From contig CM097883.1 of assembly GCA_044892505.1 (NCBI GenBank), forward strand, positions 284,146,001 to 284,210,000: a stretch of DNA of 64,000 nt, written 5' to 3'. The notes beneath the pieces are model-generated. The model saw only the letters and a program-made list of their open reading frames with translations, was not told the DNA's origin and ran no database searches. Made by a program: the position numbers and the translations under genes. Of the stretch, positions 1 to 11,754 are shown piece after piece (positions within the stretch are counted from its first letter, which is position 1; every line of letters starts with the position of its first letter). Source of the stretch: Schmidtea nova (lineage: Eukaryota).

Positions 1-1000
1 ATAGACCGAACACTGAAATCAAGCACATATTTTCTATCGATGGCTCGCGAACCCTTAGAAATTACTCGAGTAATTATAATTCTGGTAGCAGCGCTCACCT
101 TTTGCGAGTATTTTCGCCCATTAGTTACAATACCAATGTTGCTTGCAATGGTTAACTGTTGTTTAAATCAATAATTATTGTGGTCACCATAAAATAAAAC
201 CCTGCTATGGTACCAACACCATAATAACATCCAATTTTTAGTATTAGGAAATATTAAAAACGAACAAACGACGTATTGTTTTTGATTTAGAAAGAAAAAT
301 ATATGTGAGTAATTAAGTCTAAAATGAATATAGGGTTGATTTAAATATTCATGATCAGAACCGGCTTTAGCTAGAAGTAGTGGATGCATAGCATTGGGCG
401 CCTCTTGTAAAGGACGCTTTAAAAACAGAATTTTAGTCTTGTTGGTTGTTATGACATGCGTCTAGATTTTAGTCTAATTTCAATTTAATATCAAGAAAAT
501 TAATCCGTCATTATTCTAGACAACGACGTTGGTGATGTGTACAACGGCATTTGTAATTAGAAGGCAGGTGATCCGTATTTCTACGACTACACCTTTCTAA
601 TTTACATCATTCGAGTTCACACATGCTGATAGAAGGCATTTAACTACTATTTAACTACCTCTGGGTGTTCGATCAGGAATCAACATTCTCCCGATCGTCA
701 TCAAGTCCTCTCTTGATAAATTTCCGTCGGCTCTGATTATTCAGAGTCCACTCACTCGACAAGATACCGACATGATGGCTTCTGTTTTAGACCGTGTCGA
801 TATGTTGTTCCTCAAACTTCGATATAAATACTAAACCGGCCTGAGAACTTTCCAGTTAGCGTAGCTTGATTTAAGTCGTCATTTCGGAAAGGTTATCCCT
901 TGGTTTCAGAGCCTGAGGTTCTACAATTGGGATCTCGCCCACGATGTTCCAGATTTTCTGCATAAGTTCGTGATCTACAATGTCTTTAGGTGATAACAAA
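1..1000 (-). pseudogene. Highly degenerate Ty3/gypsy pol remnant (RT-RNase H)
   Basis: Manual minus-strand translation gives broken motifs in the expected order: LQMPLYTSPTSLSRIMTD (cf. MPFG..NAP..F.R.M), WYHSRVL..NNY (cf. AYASRKL...NY), R*ALL/QNYNY (cf. RWAL.LQ.Y). Many stops and frameshifts. Confidence 0.4.
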
Positions 1001-2460
1001 ACCCTTTTTGATTAATAAATTATCATTTATTCCCTATCATTGATCTGACTTCAGTGCCAACCACCGATTAACTCTAGTAAACTGGGGTTTTCCACATTGT
1101 TGATGAGGCGAGAGATAAAAACTAATTCCCCGAGGTTTTACCCGAATTAAATATATTAATACAGAACAAAAATCAAAATTTCTGTGTTGATTCCAAAGTA
1201 AAAGCTGATGCGATAATAATGACAGCGCAATTAGATGATTGTTATAAACCAGATTACTGCTAACTTAGAGTAAGTTAAAAGTTAGAATAATGCTATCATT
1301 TAATGATTTCCTTTCTTTTAATTTATTTCTCTTTTGGTGTATTTTCAATTTTTCTTTGCTCTTTATTAACAGTAATTTATTAGATTATTCTAAATTCCTT
1401 TTACTTTTCTCTTATGTACTTATTCCTTAATTCTTTTATTATCTATTATTTTATTTTATTCTTTTACATTATTTCATATTATTGAGCTGATTTTATGTAG
1501 GTAATTTTTTGGATTTTGATTCTATTAGCTGAACAGTCTCTATTTAATATGTCAAGAAAAACTATTATGTTGGGCTGGTGAAATCGAAAAATGAATTTAA
1601 TTAGATTTTATTAAAAATTAAATACATACAAAGAGAAACAAAGAGAAACGCACGACAAGACATTAAGCAGTAAAATAACGCAAGGGAAAATAAAAACAGT
1701 TAAGTACAATAGTAGTCATAGGAACCGCATCTTATAAGTCGGTCAAGATAGGGTTGAAGCGATAAAAAAGAGGCATCTCAAAGGAGAGCACATAATTTGT
1801 GTGCAGGTCGGATTTACACACGAAGGACTGCACGAGAGTTGAATGGGGAAGATCAGTGCTTGTAAAGTGATTATGAAAAGCATGATCAAAGAATTAAATT
1901 GGTATCAGAATAAAAAAAAATAATTTAATAAAAATTATAGAATAAATCCCTATTGAAATATCGCAAAATTAACAGAGATAAGAATGAAAATAGATTTAAA
2001 ATTAAATTGTTTTAATCAATAAATGCACAATAAAACAATAGATACACACCTAATTTAATAGAATTAAAAACAAATATTTTCGAAAATAAATAAATCAAAT
2101 TATAAAGTTAAATTTATGAAAGATAAATAAATGCTCACTTATTAAAACTAATAAGTAAGTTTAAATTGTTAATAAATTATGTAAATAACAAAATATGTAA
2201 GCGTCAGTAAAATTAGTATAAATAGACGCTGAAAAATCACAATCTAAACTTACTTGGCATTAATTTACTGAGAGCAAAAATTTTGTTTTGATTTCGCCAG
2301 TCGTGTGGATCGATTCTGAACGGGTATTTTGTGTTATTTTAGTGAGATATTTTGGGTAAATTGTTATTCAATGGTCATAGTAAAGTTTTGAGACTAAATT
2401 TTCCGATAATAAATATTTGATAATGCGTATTATTGTGGTCATTATATAAAATTGTTATAC

Positions 2461-2537
2461 AGATATGCTTCCTATGCTGCTAACGCGGAGAAGGAGCCAT
2501 AGTCAACGTCGTGGAGCCTCGTAGATTCACACGGCGG
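2461..2537 (+). repeat. Structured repeat module A1 (homologue at 38703-38777)
   Basis: Shared AGATATGCTTCCT start; GCTTCCT/AAGGAGC-type stem followed by a GTGG(G)A/TT(C)CAC stem in both copies. Confidence 0.5.
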
Positions 2538-3006
2538 TTGTACCTTTTTATAATTTATGTATTTTGGGATTTTTCAGATAATTTTGAGGTTGCACATAAT
2601 GAATCGTTACACATAGAGAATAGTTTTTGGTAATTGCGATAGTTTTTGAGGGTTTCGTATAGTGATAGGATTTTTGAGTGTTGAACGATAGGTTTTGAGG
2701 TTTGCGCATTTTTCAGCGATAATTTTAGAGCAATTTTACATCTCATGTAGCGATTTAATTTCAGAATTAAAATGTTAGCAAGGCGAACTTGATCAATAGA
2801 TTTTTTTTGCACAGCGATGCAACGACATAGCGGTGATTTTGAGTTTTGAATAGTTATACTTAGGAAAGGAGATTTTTGAGAGTTTTTATAAATCAATATA
2901 ATTTTAAGGTGCAGCGCATTATTTTTGGTTTTATATAGCGTAAGGAGTTTGTAGCTAAATCAAATCTCTATTGAAAAGACGTTTCGCTATTTTTTTAAGG
3001 AAGTTG

Positions 3007-3202
3007 AGCGTAAGACCTTCTAGCGGCAGCGGGAACCCGTGAAAATAAATGGTGAGTAGTTCCAGCGATCGAGCTCACATGCCCATCATTTTTCAACCAC
3101 CACGCGCAGTTCCAACCTAACTAGATAGGGAACAGTTAGGGGCGCGCGAGTGAGACAATTTGTTTTTATGTATGGTTATGGGTGAGGCATCCCTAGCATA
3201 CT
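3007..3202 (+). ncRNA. Candidate structured RNA, module A2 (GNRA hairpin plus possible pseudoknot); homologue at 46108-46302
   Basis: The two copies align over ~195 nt. Stem CCTAACT/AGTTAGG vs CTTGGTT/AATCAAG covaries; GCGA vs GCAA tetraloop; loop TAGGGA complementary to downstream TCCCTA in both. Confidence 0.55.
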
Positions 3203-3315
3203 TATTTATGATTATTTGGTTAATTATTTATTTATTTTTTTATTTATTTATTATTAACTATTTAAAACCCATCCATAAACCCAGTAATTAAGACAAAATT
3301 ATATGCATTGTATTG

Positions 3316-4630
3316 TTGGGCAAAAACTGAAAATTGTTTTAATAAAGCAATAACCCCATAAGTAGAGAGCGCGCAAGATTCAATTTAAACCCGAACATCC
3401 ATTAAGAATCCAAGCAATAAAGTGGAAAACACCAAAAAGGTGAAATGGACTCAAGCACATCAACCAGTAGAGAACGCGCTAGCTGTGAATTTGCAAGTCC
3501 TTACACTGAAATCTCGAGAAAAATAAAAAGTCGTCAAAATAGAACGTTTGAAAGTTAGAATAGGCGGAAAACCCATTGAAAATGCCTATAAAGAACAGAA
3601 TTGTGTTATAAAACTTCAGTGCAGAAAAAATTAACAAAATTTTAGAAGAAAATTGTGATTTTTTCATAAAATTTCACATTAAAGATAAAAAGAACTAATT
3701 TTGATCGAAATATAGCAAATTAAATCAAATTGAATAAATTTTGATACAAAAATAAAAATTTTGGATTAAAAATAAATTATTTATGGTTTATAAAAATTAT
3801 TACGTAAAAATATTGATTTAAATCGGCGGAAAATTATTAGAATTAATTTAGAAAAATTAAAAAGAACATTCTAGAACAATTTGTTTTACTGCATTAGTGA
3901 AGGTAACACACAAGCGATGGTATATATACCGCCATCAAAATGGCAATAGGCAGAATTTGTGTGAATTTTTCGTTAAAAATTTTAATTTTATTTTGAACAG
4001 AAGATTTTGCTGAAGATTTTATTTGAACTCGCGTCAGATAATTTTGAACAGAAGATTTTGCCGAAGATTTTATTTGGTGTCAGATAATTTGGAACCAGAA
4101 GTTTGCGGAAGAATTTGTCTGAAAATTTTCATCAAAAATTTAAATCTTAGTCTGAACCAGGAATTTCGGAAGAATTGATAGGATGTAAGTGTCATTTTCT
4201 TGTTCGGTGCGGTGTCATTGAACATCATGCCCCTTCAATTACCCCGTACCGGTAGTATTTTATTTTGTATATTATTGTTACTATTTTTATATTTTATTTA
4301 TTAAACAAAATATTGAATGAATATTATTTTTTTTTACTTGAATTTCGAAATGTCATAAATTCCCAGATTTAACCAAAATTTACTTTGAATAATATTTATT
4401 GTATAGAGATAAAAATAATAATTCTTTTTTCTTCCATACACCCTGAAACCTGTTTCTGGCCTTGTGCCAAGCGGGTGGAAGTAGCCTGAGCGGATCGCTG
4501 GTTCGATTCGTAATCGATCAGCCCATATTTCCGAGTACAGGTTATACGCCCAAACATCCATGATCACTTCATCCCAACTGGGGAACAGTGGCTTGGCCAA
4601 GGGCAAGGTGTTATATTAATGATCTATAAT
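3316..4630. repeat. Dispersed ~1.3 kb repeat, copy 1 (diverged inverted copy at 7972-9400)
   Basis: 3316-3960 aligns to the reverse complement of ~8770-9400 and 4330-4630 to the reverse complement of ~7972-8270; the middles differ. Confidence 0.8.
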
Positions 4631-4857
4631 TTATAATAGTGTATTTTATTGGAATTATAATTTTTTAACATAATGAGCACTTAAAACCTAATACTACATA
4701 AAAGCGTAAATGTCAATTCATCCAGCAATGTCTTTTCCATTATATAATAACTGTGCAAGAATATTCTACTCGTCATGCGCCTTCACTCTCACAACAATTA
4801 CCATCTTATCCGAAAAACTCAAGTAGAATAAAAAACTAATATTGAAAAGAGAATCGT

Positions 4858-5080
4858 GGTGGGTTGTTGACCGTCAATATGACCTTGACGTTTCTATGGC
4901 TCTCATCAACACATAAAACATTGAAATTACCACCTTGTTACCCGTCACTATGTAACGTTGGTACTGTAACAAGTGGGTGGGTATTCGCAATCAGTGAGCG
5001 TCGTCAATACGAAACTATGATTGACCGAATATCTCCTGGGTCCAAGGGCTACCGATGGAAGGTTTCTTGCCCATTTTTTG
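4858..5080 (-). ncRNA. Candidate structured RNA repeat, copy E (inverted copy at 10721-10950)
   Basis: ~225 nt homologous to the reverse complement of 10721-10950, with three compensatory stem changes. Confidence 0.55.
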
Positions 5081-5503
5081 TCCCCTTAATTTATCTGCTC
5101 TATCACTGTAGATGTTTTATACGAGATTTTCATTTGAATATTTTCGCTAGACTGTGATTTATTTATTAATTAATCAATTTATTTGAGTGTTTTTGTTTTT
5201 ATCTTTATCCCCTATACCCAATATCTATCTGGCTGTTCTCCTATAAAATTTTCATAAACTGTAATTTTAGAGATATATTTCAACAAATTGACATTTAATT
5301 TCCCATCGAGACAAAATTCAACCACTAATTACTTCATTTATTATTTAGTTTATATAAAAATGAGATTTTTAGAAACCTTACAAAGGCAGAAACAAAATAT
5401 TAGATTTAGCAATCTTTAACCTTTTAAAATTCTTTCAAATTATCAAATGTAAAATAATAAAAAAAATATTTTCTTTTCTTGTTTGTTTTATCGAGCTAAT
5501 TAG

Positions 5504-6149
5504 GTTCGCCTGACCCTCAGAGATTTAAACTTTTTATGGAGAATTATTTTCAATTATTATAACAGGTAAATTGACCTAAATTAAATCAGTTACATTTTCA
5601 TTTTAGGCACCTAACTCATTTCAGCCTCAAAGACCGTAACTTTACGGTGTCCGGACCCCGATTGAATCAAACGCAATTCAAGTAAATAGTGAATTAACTA
5701 CTCTAAGTGAATCTGTTTTTATAATCATTTTACAGGTAATTCGAATTAAGAAAGTGGTAGCCGAATTAGATGCGGATTCTTACGGGATGGATGGGAATAT
5801 ATGGTAAGATCTCTTTTAATGTCCCTCAATTTTAATTATTGTGGGTAAAGAATTTACAGGATTCAATGTATTCGACCTCGAAGAGAATTGTTGAGAAACT
5901 TTATCCAAGATTTTGTTATCCAGAACATTTCTCAGGGCATCTCTGTGCCTTACCTTGAGTGGATCACAAATTTCTACCTATTGGATTTTCAATTTTTTAA
6001 TGATGATATTACACTTCCATCTCTCATGTGAGTCAAATTGATCGGCTGAAAAACAGATATTTAATAAATTTGTGACTCTGTTTTTATGATCGTCTAGACT
6101 TTGTGTTCATACATTTATCTCCTATTTTATCTTATTTCATAAAAAGTGA
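5504..6149 (+). CDS. Multi-exon gene fragment, unknown product with hydrophobic C-terminus
   Basis: Four short GT-AG introns; exons read VRLTLRDLNFLWRIIFNYYNRHLTHFSLKDRNF / VIRIKKVVAELDADSYGMDGNIWIQCIRPRRELLRNF...LPSL / ILCVHTFISYFILFHKK*. One junction only stays in frame with a weak donor. Confidence 0.35.
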
Positions 6150-7971
6150 ACTAAACCTTTAATAACACAAAAGTTCTTTTAGGTGATTTACGTAGTTGAA
6201 TCACGGAGGAGTTTGACGTAATAAACAAAAAAAAACTTTTCATCTAGTATTGTGTCAGCTCTACAAATTTTTATGATAGGCAAATATCCGACTCTGGGTG
6301 TGTTGCTTACTAAGTATAGATTATTATTGTTTTTACTGCTAATTATAAGTAAATTACCAAATGTTATGCACTGTAAGTAACTGGCGAGATCGGGGTTCTA
6401 GGTAGGAATGAAATTTCACATAGGATATTGCAAGGTGGACGTATCCCGGGAAGTAGTCACCGTTGTTAATTGTCACTTGCTGTAAGCAAATTTCATATAG
6501 GATATTGTAGCTGCAATTTTAGTGATTTCAGGCATCTTCTAAGTGAAATGATAGTCTCCAAGGTGATAATTTGATTGTAGATGGCATTGTTGAATGAGAT
6601 GGATCGTTTGATGATGGGTGTGAAGGTGTGTGATGTTGTTATCGTTTTGACTGATTGTATTGTTATCGTGTTTGCGTGTGATTCTATGATGAGTGATTTA
6701 AAACAATTGAGTGCTTGTGAGTGTGGTTGGACGTACAATTCTAACTAGCATGTCTGTGTGGAATTTTTGGTATGGTTGGTTGGTGTGTATGTGATTGTTG
6801 ACTGTTATTGAATGATACTGTGCATGTGTGTATATTGTATTTTATATGTATGTTGCTTGTGTTATCAGTATGGGTGATGTTATTAGATGAAATGGATGTA
6901 ATTTTTTGCAATGAGGGATGTATTATTAATTTGGGATATCGCGGGGGTAGTTATAATATAAATTATATAAAATATTTTTAAAATTAAAATAATAATAATA
7001 ATTTTTAAATCAAAATAATAATAATAATTCTTACAACACTTTTATGGATTTCTAATTTATAATTTTATGAAAAATTAAATAATGATAAAATTTATAATTT
7101 TTATAATATAGGTTTTTGAATTTAAATTTTTATATTTTAAGAATAACTATATTCATCGTAAATTTTTTCTATAACATTTCGAATTCAGGTTTTTATAAAA
7201 ATATAAAATTATCAATATAATAATAAAATTTCAATCTACAATTTTTATGGGGTTCAATACAACTTTTGACTTGCAAATTCTCTGGAATTTTATGAAATGA
7301 TGAAATCTTTTATACATTAACAATATTAGGAAAGTTTTTGGTTTACTATTTTTTCACTTAAAAAAAATTTTTTGCAGTATAATAAAAAGCAAATTTTTAT
7401 CCTTGATCAAAATGAAATAATAATAAATTTTTATCCGTAAATTCCGAAATCCAAATAGACATTCAACCTAAAAAGTTTTATATACTGAATAAAAAATAAA
7501 ATAACATAAGTTATAAATTTTTCAACGAATATTTTTCGATATCGAGCAAGATGAATTTCGGTTTTGTTGAGCATGAATTTCCCAATCAAAGTGCACGCGA
7601 ATTTTTTGGGACACTTCACTTACGAATTTCAGGCTCTCGAAAACGAGGTTCATAGGAAAACTTATTTAGACAAAAATGAGTGTAATTCAGATCAAATCAA
7701 TACTTGTTTCACAATCCGTTTCATTTTGTGAGCATTATTCTAGTCTTGAGCATTATTTCGAACAATTTTCTTTTCATCATAACTTCCATTTTTCTTGCGT
7801 TTTTTGCACGAGATGATCGTTGTTGAGAGTGTGAAGGTGAAGGTGAGTACGAGTCGATTTTTTAATCAGTAATATTTCCTATTTTAGATTTCAAGACATG
7901 AATTAGAAAATTTTATGTTGTATTACGAAATTGCTTATGTAGATAATAAAAATATACTACTCTATTATAAT

Positions 7972-9400
7972 AACGATCATTAGTATAACAAATCCTTGCT
8001 CTTGGCCATACCACGATTCCCCAGTTGGGATGACGTGATTATGGATGTATGAGCCTCACCTTAAAGTGGAAATATGGGCTGGCCGATTACCAATCAGACA
8101 ACGATCCACCCAGGCTACTAACAGATCCGCACAACCAAGGCTGGACGGATCGTCAGAAGATATGGGAGAAAAAAAAGAATTTTTATTTTTCGTATTTAGA
8201 TAAATGCTTATATGAAATTTTAATTAATTTGGGAATTTGTGATGATAGTAATAACAACAAGAAAAAATTTAAAACTAAATCGAATAAAATATGAATCAAA
8301 TATTTTATTTTAATAATATCATAATAATGTGTTAGCATTAAATTAAAATTAACAAATAACAAATACCATATCAATTAATAAAGTGCGAGGAATGGGATGA
8401 TCGTCAGGCATGATGATCGACGATCCCAAACCCCTCAAAAACAAGTCAAAAAAAACAAAACAATTAATCCTTACATTTCTTTCAGTGATTCGCAAACTCC
8501 GGAAAATCTTCAAACTCACACGAAAATTTCTTTTATAAAATGTTCGTTTTTATCTTGGTCTTCCGGGAATTAGTGTCTTCTTCCTCTTTCACAGAAATTC
8601 AAAAATTCTGATAATCTCTCTAAAGAATTTTATCCACGAAATCTTCACAAAAATTCTGCCAAAAACTCTGTAAAATTTTCAGAAACAATTAAGAAATTTT
8701 TCTTCCACAAATTTTGTTGAAAATGGAATAAATTCTTAACAGCAAAATTTTTTCACAAATTCTCCACAAATTCTGAATTCTGCCATTTTGATGGCGGTAT
8801 ATATACCGTCGATTTTACCCTATCTTCACTAGTGCAATAAAACAAATTGTTCTAGAATTTTCTCTTAATTTTTTCTAAATTAATTCTAATGATTTTCCGA
8901 AAATTAATTCCATATTTTTGTATAATAATTTTTTATAAACTATAAATAATTTATTTTAATTCAAAATTTTTAATTTTGACTTGAAATTTGTTCGATTTGA
9001 TTTAATTTATGATATTTCGATCCATAATTATTCTTTCTATTGTTAAATGTGAAATTTTGTGATAAATTCACAATTTTCGTCTAAAATTTTGTTAATTTCT
9101 CTGTACTGAAGGTTTATGAAAAAATCCTGTTCTTTATGGGCATTTTCAATGGGTTTTACGCCTATTCTAACTTCCAAACGTTCTGCTTTTAATTTTTTCT
9201 CGAGATTTCGGTGAAAAACTTTCAAATTCGCAGTTAGCGCGTACTCTACCGGTTGATGTGTTTTGATTCCACTTCACCTTTTGGTGTTTTCCACTTAATT
9301 GTTAGATTTTTAATGGCAGCTAAAGTTAAAATGGAATCTTGCGCGTTTTCTACCTATGGGGTTATCGCTTTATTAAAACAAATTGCGTTTTGGCCCAACA
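7972..9400. repeat. Dispersed ~1.4 kb repeat, copy 2 (inverted relative to 3316-4630)
   Basis: Reverse-complement homology to 3316-4630, including a covarying hairpin module at 7994-8156. Confidence 0.8.
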
Positions 9401-10720
9401 ATCGTTTGAAATAATGCTTAAAGCTGAGATAATGATCACGAAATGAAACGTATTATGAAGACAAGTGTTGGTTGATCTGAATTAAACCTCAGTCATTATC
9501 TAAATAATTTTCTCTAGTGAACCTTGTTTTCGGGAGCCTGAAGTTCCTGCACAGCTAGGTTAGTTAGCATCATACATCCAGTAAAACTCACAAGCACTCA
9601 ATTATTTTCAGTCACCCATCATGAAATCAAACGCAAACACGACAACAATAAAATCATCCAAACCAATAACAATAGCACACCCAATCACCTAAAACCTTAA
9701 TAATAAAACATTCGTCTCACACTCACAATAGTACATATATACATATAAACACACCCGATATCCCATTCGGAATTCCATCATGTATACTCATCAAAAGTTT
9801 CCTAATCCCATTCTCAAATATTTTGCATCTAGTATTTTATCACCAGACCAAACTCTATGTGAAAAATTAAAAGTCCGAAAATCAATTGTACCAAACTCTG
9901 CATAAATCAAGAATCGTACTATTAACAATTAAGAGTTTTGTTAATGATATGATATCAATGATTAATAGAAAAGACTTAAATGTTACTTAATGCGTAATAG
10001 TAAAAACAAAAGAAAAACCAAGTTGCACATATTTTATTAAAGTAAAAAACATAACAGGATAAAAATCACCTTTCAGCTATTAAGTTTAAATGAACATTGT
10101 TTAATGGACAAATTGCTTCATCAGCCAAAAATAGGAAAAATTTGGTAAGAGTATATCTTTGTGATGTTCGGCTTGAAAACAAGAGGACACATTAAAATTT
10201 TCCACGATTTTTGAGTTTTTCGTCAATTTTCCACATTTGCTGAATTTGTATTGATTGATCCATTTTCGATCTTACTGAACTGTAAAACCGATAATCTAGC
10301 AGTCGAACGATATATTAACAAAATTATAATAAAAGTAAATTACCCTTAGGAAAGATATTTGATAGATTTTGCTCATGTAGAAGATTTTGACATCATTATT
10401 TAAAATATATTCTGTTTGAATATATTTATTAGCAAATTTAAACAATGAATTTGCTGTTTGCTAATTTTATAATAAAATTTGCCAAATGAAAATTTAAGTT
10501 CAAATTTTTAAATACAGGATTGAAAATTATTCTTAGAAAATGTTTTATTTATTATTTATCATAAATTGTAATATTGGCAAATTGAATGTTTTATTAGTGT
10601 TTCGAATGTTCGGAATAATTTATTGGGATGTAGTAATGAATTTATAGTTATGTAAAACTTCTATGTTGAATTACCGATAAAATTTTATTGAATACTTAAA
10701 GTTAAATCATGTGAGAAGTC

Positions 10721-10950
10721 ACAAAATGGGCATTTAACCTTCTACCGGTAGCCCTTGGACCCAGGAGATATTCGGTTAATCATAGTTTCGTATTGACGAC
10801 GCTCACTGATTACGAATACCCACCCATTTGTTGCATTACCAACGTTACATTGTGACGGGCAAGAAGATGGTTATTTCAATGTTTTGTATGTTGAGTTGTT
10901 GATGAGAGCCATAGCAACGTCAAGGTCATATTGACGATCAACAACCCACC
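10721..10950 (+). ncRNA. Candidate structured RNA repeat, copy F
   Basis: Homologous to 4858-5080 in the opposite orientation; same stems with compensatory changes. Confidence 0.55.
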
Positions 10951-11535
10951 AGTATGTTATAGTACAGAATAATGTTGTTTCAAATAAAATAACAAAATAT
11001 ATAAACAAAATAAAATATGTATTTCAGTTGATAATGAATTATTAATTTTTTAATGTTTTTATTACAAATTTAACACTACCAATTCAATTACGGTAAGTAC
11101 AATAAAACCATTAAAATAATACTCCTAGAAAATCAGCGTCAAATTAAGTTTCGCATTGGGACACTACTAATGATAGAACCAGCCCTGTTCATGATTATGG
11201 ATAATTTTAATATTATATTAAATTACAAAATTAAAGCCCACAAATTCAAAAGAATTTTAGAGAAGAATTAAAAAAATCTTCGTTTTTCTATAAAATATTT
11301 TTACTGAAATTCTATGCGATAATCATATAAAAACTTAAAAATAAGCTACATTCATAAATCTTTATTGTCGAAAATATTTTATTTTGCGACAAGAAATTTA
11401 GAAAATTCTTGTAATAATAGTAAAAATTACAAGATTTAAATTTAATCAGTAATAAAATTAATATTCCCAAAACTCAATAAGGAAAATCCATAATCATCAA
11501 ATAAAACATTTCATAAAATTTTTATTTAAAATATC

Positions 11536-11754
11536 TGTTATATGTGAATTAATAATATTAAAAATTCGTTTTAATATTATAAATTATAAAAATTGTTTGA
11601 ATATTGTTTTGTATAATATGGATTTTTGAATTGTGTAATTTACTGATTTATTATTATTATTTCCGAATTGTGTAATTGGCTTATTTAGTATTATTATTTC
11701 CGAATTGTGGTAATTTATTTATATAAATTGGTTAATTCATTTAGAGATATAACA
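11536..11754 (+). repeat. 5' LTR (219 bp)
   Basis: 8-bp terminal inverted repeat TGTTATAT/ATATAACA; direct repeat of 15316-15508 with 2 mismatches seen. Confidence 0.9.

Noticed and set aside
4449-4560. HDV-like ribozyme reading of the TGGG...GGCTAC domain
   Set aside because: The P3/L3 consensus and P1/P2 pairings could not be built in both copies.
6250-6950. C/A-rich minus-strand stretch resembling a retroelement remnant
   Set aside because: No diagnostic motif could be recovered by eye.
4858-10950. E and F repeats as TIRs of one 6-kb DNA transposon
   Set aside because: No TSD, no transposase between them, and covariation points to strand-specific structure in independent copies.
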